In this document: in pieces, positions 33,687 to 45,914 of the stretch
How positions within the stretch are numbered: the stretch's first letter is position 1
Layout of the letters: each line of letters opens with the position of its first letter
From: Massalongia carnosa
Lineage: Eukaryota
Length of the DNA stretch: 64,000 bases
NCBI GenBank assembly: GCA_965645245.1
Contig: OZ287075.1
Span: 2,232,001-2,296,000, forward strand
Direction of reading: 5' to 3'
Notes under the pieces: generated by a model
Told to the model about the DNA's origin: nothing
Seen by the model: the letters and a program-made list of their open reading frames with translations, nothing else
Database searches by the model: none
Made by a program: the position numbers and the translations under genes

Positions 33687-36600
33687 ATCCAGCGAAACCC
33701 TTTTTATTCGCCATCTCATCACCATCGGAACCTTCTGCTTCCTCGTCCGGCACCTCGTCATCACCATCAGTATCTTCTACTTCCTCGTCCGACTCCTCAT
33801 CACCCTTTTCTTCCTTGAGGCTCTCGCTGGAGGAGCTTTCGGAGACAACAGTCTCGTACTCCTCACCGTCTTCACCTAAATCAACAAACCACCAACGCTA
33901 GCGTTACCGAGCTCGGATCTCTGCTGATAATCGCCATCGTCCCCTTCTCCGCTACTTCTAGCGCTCGGAGCGGCATCGGCGACCCAGCATTACCGAGAAG
34001 CTAGTGATATTTACATCTACCTACGTCAAGCGCCAGGTATTCGCGCTTTCTACACAACAAACTTGCTATCTACGCGACATCTTCTATCACGTCCCTACAC
34101 ACTCCCTTCCACGTTCGAGTACTGTACGTGCTGGAGGACCAGCACTATAGGAGAGGAGGCAATTGTCAGGGCATAGAAGGAATAAGGGCTAAGCTAACTA
34201 AGCGGGGCTTAGTTCTACGGCTAGGCTTAGTCATATGGAAAGCAGTTGGTCTGCGTTACGCGGCTGGTATCTACTGCCGAGAGTATAGTACGAGCGATCG
34301 AGATATACGAGGATGCTCGTACGATTAGTGAGCGGATGGTACGATACAGTCAGCACAGTGTCCACGATACAGTCAGCACAGTGTCTACGATACAGTCAGC
34401 ACAGTGTCTACGATACAGTCAGCACAGTGTCCACGATGCAGTCAGCAGAGTGTTTAGCCGGCTTATCCGGTAGGAGTAATGGGCGGTCAAGATAGTTACA
34501 GTATCAAGGGCCCAGAGGGTCAAGGGCTTCGGTCCGGGTATATAAGGAGGCTGCTCGAGGGAGATGCGATCTTCAACGATTAGTCTTCCGCTTTACCTAC
34601 ATACTTCTTTTAGTATATTAGTATAGCAAATCATTAGTGTCTTCACATTGTCACATATCCCTAGGCCTGGTGTCTGCTAATCGCCAGGTCTGACTCTTAC
34701 AAGGTGATATTCGTGGTGGTGGTAGTAGTAGTGGTGGTGGTGGTGGTAGTGGTGGTGATGATGCTATCAGTCTTTCGCAACACCGATTGTTTATTAGTGA
34801 GTTTTTGAAGAACTGATGACGGATTGTATGGTACTAATCCGGTTGCTCTCCATGCAGTCAGCACGTTTTTTGTGTTGATTGCTTCTTTTCTTGCTTTTTG
34901 AATGATCTTCAGAAAATCCACCTCGTCCACTGAACAGACGTTAAATCGGGTGACGACCTCCAATTGTTTTTTGTACTCCCGTGATAAGGGCCCAAAAACA
35001 CTCACGTCTAGAGGTTGCAACATATGGGTAGTATGTGGAGGTAGACACAAAAGAATGATTCTCTTTTCGTTGCAAAACTTGATGAATTCGGTAGAAATAT
35101 GGGAAGCATGACCATCTACTATAAGAAGTCGATATTCACCGTGTAGATATTTTGCAGTAGCAGGTTCAAAACACTTTTTCAACCAATCAAGACCTAGTTC
35201 ATTGTCTGTCCATCCGTTTTCGCTGGTAGCTATTTCAGTGTCAATGTCCTCCAGTGCATCGTACCAGGCCTTTTGCTTGTTGACTCCTTTGAAGATGACG
35301 AAAAGAGGTAAACTTCGACCGGTATTACAAATGGACTCGATCAATGACACCCATTCTCGATTACCTGACTGTGCTGAAAAGGCTTGCTTTTCGTGCTTAG
35401 AAATTACTACTTTAGCACTAGCAGCTACCCCCATCATGAATCCCTTTTCGTCCATGTTGTAGATGTCTTCATCAAGAATTCCGTGCTTTTCTTTCATGGA
35501 GAGGAAAAGGTCAAACCAGTGCTGAAATATCTCTTCATTCTCAGCGAATAATCGTTCTTGATCTAGTGTGCGACTGTATTTAGCCTGCAGATCGGGATGA
35601 CCATGTAAAAAATACTGTTGCCAATTGACTCCAAGCACAGTATGATTCCCCCTTGCTCGTAGTAATTCTATGGCCATCTGACGTAGCTGAGCTATTTTAG
35701 CAGACCAGCCCCAGGCGTACAGTTGTAAAACCCAGTTCTTCAAAGCGTCTTCCTCCTCGGGGGTCAGCAGTTGTTTAGTTTGATCAGACGTAAATCGTGA
35801 TTGACGACCCTGAATGCAGGCATGAAGGGTAGACTTTGAAACATCATATAGAAAAGCTGCCTTCGTAATGGAAAGAGCTCCATCGGCCTGTTTCCAGGCC
35901 AAAAAGGCTGACTGTAATCGTTGTTGATAGGTGGAGGTGGGGTGAAAACATGAAGGAATGGAGGTCTTGTGGGAGGTGGTTTTTTTACCTACACCCATGA
36001 TTATAAAGTTTCAAAATGATGAATATAATCTACTGTGATGTCTGAAGCTGAATTTGTATGTAAAATGTATGTGATGAAGGCTTCATCATCTAGATGGTCA
36101 AAAAGTGATGATTTCGGAATTACTTAGTCCCGTTGCCCAGTTTGTCCCGTTGCCCAGTGAGTTACGTTAAGCCTATTCCGGTTAAGCAGTCACCAGTTGC
36201 CTGACCTTGTCCGTTAGGCTAACATTTTAGTATAACACCAACAAAGAATTGTAACAATCGTAAAAACTTGAAATAGTTTCGAAAATCTCAGTTCTGAGAT
36301 GGCACGGTCTCGTACTAACCTACTAAAGTTGACACGAAGCTCCCCATCTGACGAGCATCCACAATTTTTATTGACTAAATCCGCAAGGCGAACCAGATTT
36401 CGCAGATGGCTTAAAAGGATCTAAAGTGTGATCTATCAATCATGTGAACGATGCATGCCTCCTCGAGCGTACTTCCCAATCCAGGCAATTCCGAATTCTG
36501 CGAGTTTCATCATCAACTGCTTTTACGCCTTGTACAACTATTAGGATGATGTGAAGATTGTAGGTCTTGTGGAGTCTAATGGGGAATACGATATAGCTGC

Positions 36601-37214
36601 AAAGGATCACACTATAATGAACTAAGAAGCTGAACACTTGAGATGGTCATATAGAACTTCAAGTTTCTCTACACCTTCAGCAATTCCCCGGTCCACTGTT
36701 GTGAAGGGAAGGTCGGGTGGGGGAAAATACTCGATTCCCCGCTCGAGCACATGCTTCATGCTCTATCATAGGCGTAGCCACTGCAGCGTCGTCGGTGGGG
36801 TAGTATCGCGCGCAACCAGTGCCCCTGGGGTTACTGCGCGTCACTCGAACCTCAGATCATAGGCCTGCGACCGCTGGGAAGTGAGAATCCATTGAGGCTA
36901 TGTGTTCTATGTATACTCCTCCATCTGCTTGCATTCGACGAGGCTCAATGCCCCCAGCTGCTTGCCCTAACCCTGAGTACTCGAATAGGCAATCTAGCGT
37001 AGTAGGGGAAAGGGGACAGGAGGGAGCGGAGAGGGGAGTATAAGAGAATTTAAAAAGAACAGGAGAGAGCAGAGAGAGAACATGAAGGAACACTAGGAGA
37101 GCAGTTGGCTGAAATAGTCGCTAGCACGGGTTTAAAGCAGCACTCCATTAATCAGTAAATCTTTATATACTTTCGCCAGTTCGTGGAAACTACATAGAGA
37201 TATCCCGGGACTCC

Positions 37215-40200
37215 CTAACGTGATATTCGAATTATTGTTTCGAAAAAAAGAAAAATAACTATAAAAGTAATTCGGCTCGGGCGAAAGGTAATGCCGGGAC
37301 CGAGTGGAGGCAGGCCGTGGATAGCCGACGAAGGCCGAAGGTCGGATGTTGGACGGGAAGGGGAGAAAAAAGCATAAATAGGTGGCCTTTTGGCACTCTT
37401 CTCCTCATCATCACCATTGATTCGGAGTTCAGCACCAAAAGGTCTTTTAAAAGTCTTTCCCGAATTAAAAACATCTATCAATTACTCACCCCCAATCGCA
37501 TCATTCCAAATCACCTTCACCTCTCATTCTATATTACCCTCCACACTGAGCCCATCATGCCTTTCCATCGCCCTCAAAGAATCATCAAGCCCTTCGTCCA
37601 CTTCGAAAACACCTCCGGGCCCGGTCAACGTTTCACTCGTTCCACCCGATCCCCTAGAAGAGGGGTCATAGTTTCAGAAACACAGCCTCCTTCGAACACT
37701 CAAGGTTCGGAGGGAACACTTCGGGACGATGTGATAGACGTTCATCGAACATCGGAATCAATCCCGGATCTGCTGTTGGATCTCAGGGCTCAGCAGGAGG
37801 CCACGGCGACAGTCCTCAGGCAGGAGGAGACCCGTCACCTTCAAAAAACAAATCGCCGACAACTTGGCGGCCATTCAGCGCATAAGGGAGGGAAACACAG
37901 TCCCCGACGGAGACATCAAGGGACTACCCCACCTGATTCGCTGCCTCGGGGTGTATTGGCAGGTCTTGCTTCATTTGGCATCATCCGGAATAAAAGACAG
38001 TCTTTGTAGGGCCTTTCAAATCTATCAGGACCGCTTGTTGTTACATTACACCACCTACACCTGAGAGTCAGTACGAATGTTTCATATAATATTCCACAGG
38101 GGTCGAGTGTACCAGGGAGTGAACGACCCGGCCGGATGGAGGAGAATCGACATCATCATCGAAAACATGTATCTTACTCGACGGACACCTAACTTGTTCA
38201 TGACGGGAGGTATCACCAAACAGCACCCGGGATCACTCCCGGTAGGCGGCTCCACTGAATCAAACCCCATGTCCTGCAATCGATACAACGCAGGGCGGGA
38301 ATACAAGGACTGCAGGTATCCTCACGTCTGCAATCTCTGTTTCGGCCATCACACGAAAAACAACTGCCTCAAGGCACATATCAGCAACCCAAATTTCATA
38401 TCAACGGGTAGACGAGATTGACTAGCCGGCCCATTTGATCATATCGCCGAAGGGTTCCCCTATCCGCTGATAGATAATTCAGCAATCGTACCCTCAGGGC
38501 CTCTAAGAAAAGAAGGCTGGGAACTTCACCTCATGGGTCATCCGAAAAAAAACTACAAACAGACCATTTACGATATAATCATGCACGGGGCCAAAATTGA
38601 TTACACCGGCCCAGATCAGTTCATTCTAAGCAACAACCTGGCCTCGGCCAACGCGGCCCCAGAAATTCTGACCATGGACGTAGAGGACCAGAGGGCCAAG
38701 AACCGATTGATCGAGGTACCCACCCTACCAGCCAGATATATATGCTCCCCCTTATGCCTGGTCCTCAAAGTAAACGGAGGATGGCACCGTATTCATCACC
38801 TCTCCCACCCCGAGGGTAATTCGGTGAACGACTTCATTCCCGAAGAATGGGGCGCTCTGGAATATATCACTTTCGACGAAGCCCTCGCCGGCGTCAGAAG
38901 AATGGGCAAAGACTGCGTACTGATCAAACGAGATCTAGCCGATGCCTTTCGCCACGTTCCAGTGGCGCAAAGCGATTGGTGGTTGCTGGGTTTTTGTTGA
39001 AACGGGGTTTACTGGATGGAACCCTTTCTTCCATTCGGCCTGAGGACGTCTCCCTTCTTGTTTGACATATTCGCGAAAGGTCTGAACTGGATGATGATTA
39101 ATTGTTCAGACCTCGGCCTAAAATCAACGATAAGAAAAATAAACAAGGCACGGTAGTCGAATTTCTGGGCATCGAGCTGGACACACACCTCATGCAGGCA
39201 CGACTACCGGCCGAAAAGCTTCAGAAAGCTAAGAATCTCGTCCAAACAACATTGAATAAATCCACGATAACCAGAAACAAGCTAGACACTCTTGCTGGGA
39301 TTTCTGGGCTTTGCAGCCAAAATGGTGGTGCCGGAAAGAACTTTTCTCCGACGCCTTTTCAACTGCAAAATCTGGCCCGCGCGCCCATTTATGAATAACA
39401 ATTCTCACATAAAAGCTGATCTTTTATGGTGGCATCATATCCTTCCATTATGGAACGGCATACACATTATTAGCCCTTCGAGACCCCTGCTCCGTCTCTG
39501 GACGGATGCCAGTGGGGACTTCGGAATCGGGGCATACATACTTCAAGGTGGTCAGACCACACGCATTGCCCGCTGAGCATGTGGTTTCTGAACGTTATAC
39601 CACCCCTTTGCAGCCAAAGTAGTGGTGCCCGGGAGAACCTTTCTCCGGCGCCTTTTCAACTGCAAAATCGGGGCCCGCGCGCCCATTTATTCATGTCAAT
39701 TCCCACATAAAAGCTGATCTTTTATGGTGGCATCACTTCCTTCCATTATGGAACGGCATACGCATCATCAGCCCTTCGAGACCCCTGCTCCGTCTCTGGA
39801 CGGATGCCAGCGGGGACTTCGGAATCGGGGCATACATACTCTTAGGTGGTCAGACACCACACACACTGCCCGCTGAGCAAGTAATGTCTGAACGATAAAC
39901 CACTAGGCTCAGAGCCAAACATATCAATGAGAAGGAGATGACAGCGATCCTGCACGCCATACGGCGGTGGCTCCCCCTGTGCAAGAGAGCTTATCTTCTT
40001 CTTTATTGCGACAGCTTCGCTGTAATGTCCGGGGTCAAAAGACCTCCATTCGAGGAGGGGCCATGCACCCTCTTCGGAATATCGCCATGATGGCGGCTGT
40101 AAATGAAATTGAAATCGAGCCACACTGGCTGTCGACCAAAGAAAACTTCTTAGCAGATTGGTTGTCCCCAGTACTATTTGGGAAAATCGCTGACAATTAC

Positions 40201-41410
40201 CCCAAACTGCAGGGCATTTCATCGGGCAAATAACGGCGACACACGCCCGCGACCCTCCAGAAACATGGTACAATGAGGTCCCGCTGGATCGTCGGGCAGC
40301 CAGATATCTATGGTGGGGCATAGCAATTAGGACTCTAGGACTATACGATGCAGCCCGAAAAAGCTACACGACCCACTGTCAGCTAGCGACGAATTTTTCC
40401 CCTTTCCAGCAACAATTCGAAGTCTTTCAGCGTGGATAGCCACTCTAGGCCAACGGGGACTCCGTCCCAAAACTATCAAAAACTATCTAGCTGGGGTGCG
40501 ATCAAGTCAATTAGACATAGGCCTAGGGGACCTGGAGGTTTTCAATCATCCAGTCCTAGACAGGATAATAGCAGGAACAAAACGGATGCACGGTGAACCC
40601 GAAAAACGAGAAAGACTACCAATCACACACGACGTTCTGATAAAATTGCTACGAAAATTAGATACTACTAACGAGGTCCAAGCAACACTCCATGCGGCAT
40701 ATAGCATCGCATTCGCCGCCTTCTTAAGTGCGGGAGAATTTACTTACAAACAAGAAGACATGCAAGACCCCAGCTTCGATTCATGGAATTTAACCAGGAA
40801 ATCCGTGGACCTACGAGAAGATCGAATGATTCTCTCCTTACCATCATCGAAAACGGACCCTTTTCGAAGAGGTTAGAAAAATTTACATCGCAGCAACAAA
40901 TGACGAAGCATGCTCGATCGCCTCCACCCGGAACTTGTTTACCCGGTTCCCGAAATTAGCATCGTCCCCGCTGTTCCAGGTTCAAAACAAGGCCTTCACC
41001 CGGGATTATTTGGTGCAGGCTCTGCGAAACGGTCTCCGGGCGATTGGAGTTCGAGGTAATTACTCGGGTCATTCGTTTCGACGTGGGGCAGCAACAACGG
41101 CCAAGGACTCGGGCTTGCTGGAAGAAGACATTCAAACCTTGGGCCGATGGAAATCGGACTCGTATCAGCTATACATCCAAACACACCCGGACCAGCTAAT
41201 AGCGACTTCCCTTCGTTTTCAACGACCCCCCCCCGTCACGTTTCGAACAGCACCACCATAGGTGGGCCATTCCCTGCTTGGGGTTTGGGAGTTTTCCCCT
41301 CACCGCTGCCATAATAAAGCCATTATAGGCGGGGCCTTCAGCAAAACTGAGCGCCAGCATGGCAGCAGCGAGGGGGAGTTGCCCAAACATAGATAGTAAT
41401 TATATGATGT
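37215..41410 (+). mobile_element. Tyrosine-recombinase retrotransposon 2 (DIRS/Ngaro-like), degenerate
   Basis: Gag-like 37557-38421 (CNRYNAG..CRYPHVCNLC..H..NNC); RT/RNase H 38422-40233 (GGWHRIHHLSHP, KRDLADAFR, LPFGLRTSP, WTDASG; YLDD region deleted); YR about 40270-41261 (SKTD, YSGHSFRRGAA, GRWKSDSYQLY); many stops and frameshifts; 5' end approximate. Confidence 0.88.
39310..39904 (+). repeat. About 297-bp diverged tandem duplication inside RT/RNase H of YR element 2
   Basis: TTTGCAGCCAAA..WWH..WTDASGDFGIGAY block at 39310-39604 and 39607-39904, with scattered substitutions and small indels. Confidence 0.9.
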
Positions 41411-42877
41411 TCTGACGACACGATGGAGCCCGCGAATTACCTGAATTTTTCAATTATCAGTGGGATACTTCGACGCATGGCTCCTTCACGGTTTATTTTT
41501 CAACAACGCAACGTTCCCCTCGATCGGATTAAACTGCATAGGGTTGTCGCGGGTACTGATAATCAGGAATCCAACGCCCTTAAACACTCTCTGCAATATC
41601 AGATGGCAAGGTGGCTATATCAATGACCAAATTGAACGATTTAAAGTTGAAAATAGGCATCGTGATATTTGCTACTGTTGTATTGACCGGTACAGCACTT
41701 CATGATGATATAACTCTTCGAGAAGTCCTCGAGGTACGAGGTTCGACCAAGGTTGCAGATACTATATTCGCCAGTCCTCCGCGCGCAATACAAGGCCCGA
41801 TCGTTAACTTGGATACATATCATACCATTGCCATGAATAACCCGGCCCGGCATCATTTATTTTTCAAGTCAAGCAGTACCGCTCCATCCACGTAATATGG
41901 TACCTATCTTACGGAGCTGTAAGCCAGAGGCTCGACGAATTGAGATGGTAAAGAGAAGCAAAGTATAGCAGAAATCATCCAGAAGTATGCTCTGCGAGCT
42001 ACAGGCTGTCCTGAACTTGATGCAGTAGGATTGCCTCTTTCCAATTAATGTGGCCTGGTCATCGTATTCAATAGGATTGTCGTCATGATTTTGATTCGAG
42101 ACGGATAAAGATGACAATTCATCAAGCTCGCTGCTTCGGTTGTCTAGTCGAAAGTAAGCGATTTGAAGTGATCTTAAATAATCAGATGAAACAGTATACC
42201 ATTCATTTGATTATGGAGTACATGTGCTGTCTTGCAGAAGGATGAAAACTTGTGTTTATACTTATTTAAGACATCTCAATCTGCAAGTCGTTGACTAATA
42301 AACATCCGCAATGAACTACATTAGATTATCGTTTATATCGTCAAAGACGTCGTGCGGATAGGACAAAAAACCCCCCTAAGCATCTGATCACGAGACCTTA
42401 CCCCACAATCCAAACTCGGAATATTCCGTGTTTAAACTTAAAATAGACAAAGTTATTAATAATCGTCGTCGTTGAATGCACAACGATTTATCTTAAACTC
42501 AGCCTGGTAAACTCGAACCAAGATAGTTGTGATGTGTGAACTGTTGCTTTCATCTTGATTTTCAACAATAACGCATGATGCTATTTCAGTTCGAGAAGAT
42601 GGTGTTCATGAGTTGAACATCTGTTTCTCATTCTATTATTGTTGCTCTGGACCATGGCGCAGAAGCTTGAGTCCTTGCGACTGAATCATCTTTTCATGAT
42701 GGAGCGCAGCATTAAAAGGATCGTAGTATCTCCAGCATTCAATCCAAATCATCGTCTTACATCGTCTCATCTGTTGCAAATAAAGCTTATCCTACAATCA
42801 TAATACCTTAGAGTTAATACCTTCTCTGTTTTATAAAAACTTCACATTGAAATCATTGCAAGCGCGACAGGAGAATC

Positions 42878-43849
42878 ATGGCCATTGAATCTGGGATCAG
42901 CAACTACGTGCGCACAGACGGCAGGATTGCTTGGGAAGACGGCATGAAGATTGGAGATGGATATAATCTGGCCGGGCACAACACCCTCCAGTCACCTTTT
43001 CGAGAATTCAAGCATCCGGTGACGCCAGGCAAAAACATCTGCAAGATCCATCTTACGTACGAGACGATGCGAAACCAAGAAGACATCATGAGGATTCTCG
43101 AATCGAGTGATAGCGCATCTGTGATACATATGTTGATATCTGTGATACTCTCAATGGAGCTTTTGCAGACGGCGAAATGTAATACAACCAGCATGGTGAC
43201 TATCATTCGATGTACGGCTACACTGCCCACCGACAACTTCGATGCTTCCTTGCAGTTTACGGAGGAAGCCAAATCAAAAGCAAGCAGCGCTGAGGACTTT
43301 GTTCGAAGATTCGGCGAGTACTGCATCTCCGGCTGGACGTGTCAATCGACATTCTTCGCGATATGTGTCCACACAGCCAAAAGCTCGGATATTCTCGACG
43401 AAGTTCAAGCAAAGCTAAATGTTGGCTTCAATGGCAGCGCAACAGGGGCGGGACTTGCTTCGGAATTCATGAGGAAGGTTATAGCAACGTCCAAGCATGT
43501 CAGCGTTAAGACCGAGATCGACTATGTTGGGTACAATGCCAAAAGGCTTGACAAAGACTTTGAGAAGATCCGCTTAGACAAGGCATGGAAATCTTTCCTA
43601 AAAAACTGGTCTCCATTGCCAACGGTGGCTATCTTGAAACATTACTCTGCTCTCAGAGTGGAGGGGCTTGATAGCATCCCCGGACCAGACCGCACTCACG
43701 ACATCTCTACCGGGTTGGTCGCGTACATGAGAAGAGCTCTAGCATTGCAGATTTCCGCTCAGTCGAGTGTGATAAGATGTGCGAGGAAACAGGTACCGAA
43801 CATCGAGAACGTCATCAATCAACTTGTTATAAACGGGCGGTTGGGGTAG
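42878..43849 (+). CDS. Intronless 323-aa protein, putative MACPF/CDC-like pore-forming fold
   Basis: Uninterrupted ORF, ATG in AATCATGG context, TATAAAA about 45 nt upstream; GMKIGDGYN, FTEEAK..EDFVRRFGEYCISG..FFAI and PTVAILKHY resemble MACPF-like segments; fold call is by eye only. Confidence 0.5.
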   Translation: MAIESGISNYVRTDGRIAWEDGMKIGDGYNLAGHNTLQSPFREFKHPVTPGKNICKIHLTYETMRNQEDIMRILESSDSASVIHMLISVILSMELLQTAKCNTTSMVTIIRCTATLPTDNFDASLQFTEEAKSKASSAEDFVRRFGEYCISGWTCQSTFFAICVHTAKSSDILDEVQAKLNVGFNGSATGAGLASEFMRKVIATSKHVSVKTEIDYVGYNAKRLDKDFEKIRLDKAWKSFLKNWSPLPTVAILKHYSALRVEGLDSIPGPDRTHDISTGLVAYMRRALALQISAQSSVIRCARKQVPNIENVINQLVINGRLG

Positions 43850-44324
43850 TCAGATGTGGTTTCGTTAGGATCTTGATATACCCGGGATTGTTTTTTCTCT
43901 ATAATATTAGACATGTCGAGATGTTCCCGACATATATGTTTACAGTAACGATTCATGAATTATGAGCAATAGTATATTACCTTACATAGTTATGTCAACA
44001 ATACTCGAGTTTCTTTTTTGATGATTTTTGCAAGAATTAGGCAGTTTATAATTTATGTGTTTTTCTTCATGAATCTTTACATACATTATAGAAAACTCGA
44101 TAACTTACAAGAATAATCTCAATTCAAGTCATGGATCTCAATTTTCTATTTGATTTTTTCCCGATCAATCAAACACTAGAAATTATGACATACAGGGCAC
44201 CTATCGAGTTATCAAGGGGTATGACAATATTCTCATCATCGACTGAGGTAGACGAGGGTTTTTGGTTCCGCTCCGTAGTTGTCTCCCAGAGCTGCGTTCC
44301 GGAACCGATGTTTGAGATGCAGGG

Positions 44325-45590
44325 TCAAACTCCAGAGTGGAACTGCGCGAAGAGCTTGTTGGATTTGAAGATTTTTGAGCTGCGGCAAGGAGACGGCAAC
44401 AGTGTAATTGATGCGCGCGACATTCGAGGAATGAGACTTGTGGTAACAACTTTACAATTGATTAAAAATGATGATTTATCATTCGACTGTTGACAGCTGT
44501 TTAACTGTAACTGTGAATCCTGCATTACAAGCTTGTCACCTTTCCTAAATTCGTCCGAGTTCTGGGTATACTCGTAAGAATGTTGATCGATCTCGTAAAA
44601 AAACTCGACGCAGACATTTGCAAGATCACGTTTGAGACTATTCAAATGAACAGTCTGTTCGTATTTGTGAATACGATTCAAATCTCGACTTAGCTCCACG
44701 ATGTCCTCCTCCTTCAACAGACTGTAGGCATTACACTAGACCATGTGATAGGATAACATTTCGAAATATTTATTTGTGCCAGCAGAATCTTCATGCAGTA
44801 AAGAGTCACGCAAGGGCCACAGCACGTCAGCGCGAATAAAGTGATGTCTCTCAAGTTCAAGCTTGAGGACTGTCGTCGAAGCTTCACCCATTCTAAGAGC
44901 ATCATCGCACCCAAAAGAGCAAGAGATTGATGAGCCTCAATTTCCTGTGACTTGGTATTTTTAAACTCTGCAATTAAGTAAGGCAGTAACGCGTCGATGC
45001 TGGCAAAGGTCCGAATGGCTGGGAAGTTGATATAGCATTCCGATTTTTCCAGTTCCGACAGTTGGATCGCGTACATGATGTCTGGCCTCATGCCACGCCA
45101 AGCTTTTAAAGAGATGATGTTCTTGTTTTTGTGCTATGCTGATCCTGCCCAAACCCACCAGTCAAGTCAGGCAATGGCAAAATCAACTGGCGTTTCTTTT
45201 CCTCTCCAAACTGGGTCTCGAGTTTTCCTTGGAAGATAATAATACGTATCCTTGAGACTCCAATGAAACGTACGGCTGTATTTCTCTCTTAGCGTTCACT
45301 TTCTCTTGCGGAAGAAGATTGGGCTCCGATAAATGCGCCCATCCATTCTTTAGACTGCCATTCCGAATCGAGATCTTTCGGGATGCAAGCTCCTTATTTC
45401 GATCACTCCAAGTCTCTTTTTCGCTATCTTCTACTCATTCAAGGTCGAAGCATCTTGCGAAGCAGTCTTGGAATTTCTCGACATGTCTTGACCGATGGAT
45501 CTTACTTGTGTCCAAAGCTGATCAACTTCGGCCGGGTCCAGAAGAGAGGGTGGGGATGAAGGTGAGGATGAAGGTGGGAATGAAGGTATA
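44325..45590 (-). pseudogene. Fungal PD-(D/E)xK nuclease-like pseudogene
   Basis: RPDIMYA..LPYLIAEFK..AHQSLALLGAMML..FALTCCG..LNRIH; frameshift near 44715 and upstream in-frame stops. Confidence 0.5.
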
Positions 45591-45914
45591 GATATGCTCT
45601 GAGGCCCTGTATGTCATTGTAATTAGTAAAAACTCTGTCCAATATTTCATCCTTTGTTATTTTGTCAACCTTTCTGACCAATCACATGGATTCAGGAAGG
45701 ATGAAAAGACTGTATTCTGTATGTGGGAAATGCCCAGATCTAGCTACCTATATAGACGGGAAAAGGGGTCATGGCGGCAACGATATCAACCCCGGCAAAT
45801 TGAGGGGTAAAGGTGGGAAAGAAATGGCGTAGTCTTAGCGGCATCTGCCGCGACAGGGGGTCGAGGATCGGCGATGAGAATCGACCGCATTCAGGTTTGA
45901 CACAACTCGTCTAC

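Larger units (their letters stand above)
28104..34701 (+). mobile_element. Full-length Ty3/gypsy chromovirus C, apparently intact
   Basis: LTRs 28104-28618 (515 bp) and 34164-34701 (538 bp); TSD AGGTG (28099-28103, 34702-34706); PPT GGAGAGGAGGCAAT; open gag and pol. Confidence 0.97.
27233..36167 (-). mobile_element. Fot1/pogo-like DNA transposon copy 2, interrupted by chromovirus C
   Basis: Same TIRs as copy 1; TA TSD at 27231-27232 and 36168-36169; transposase 35998-34707 joined to 28103-27386 gives 2010 nt in frame (669 aa). Confidence 0.95.

Noticed and set aside
36440..37093. Possible decayed gene on the minus strand
   Set aside because: Fragments with stops and no recognisable motif
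41423..41895. Possible small membrane-protein gene
   Set aside because: Short overlapping frames, no coherent model or motif
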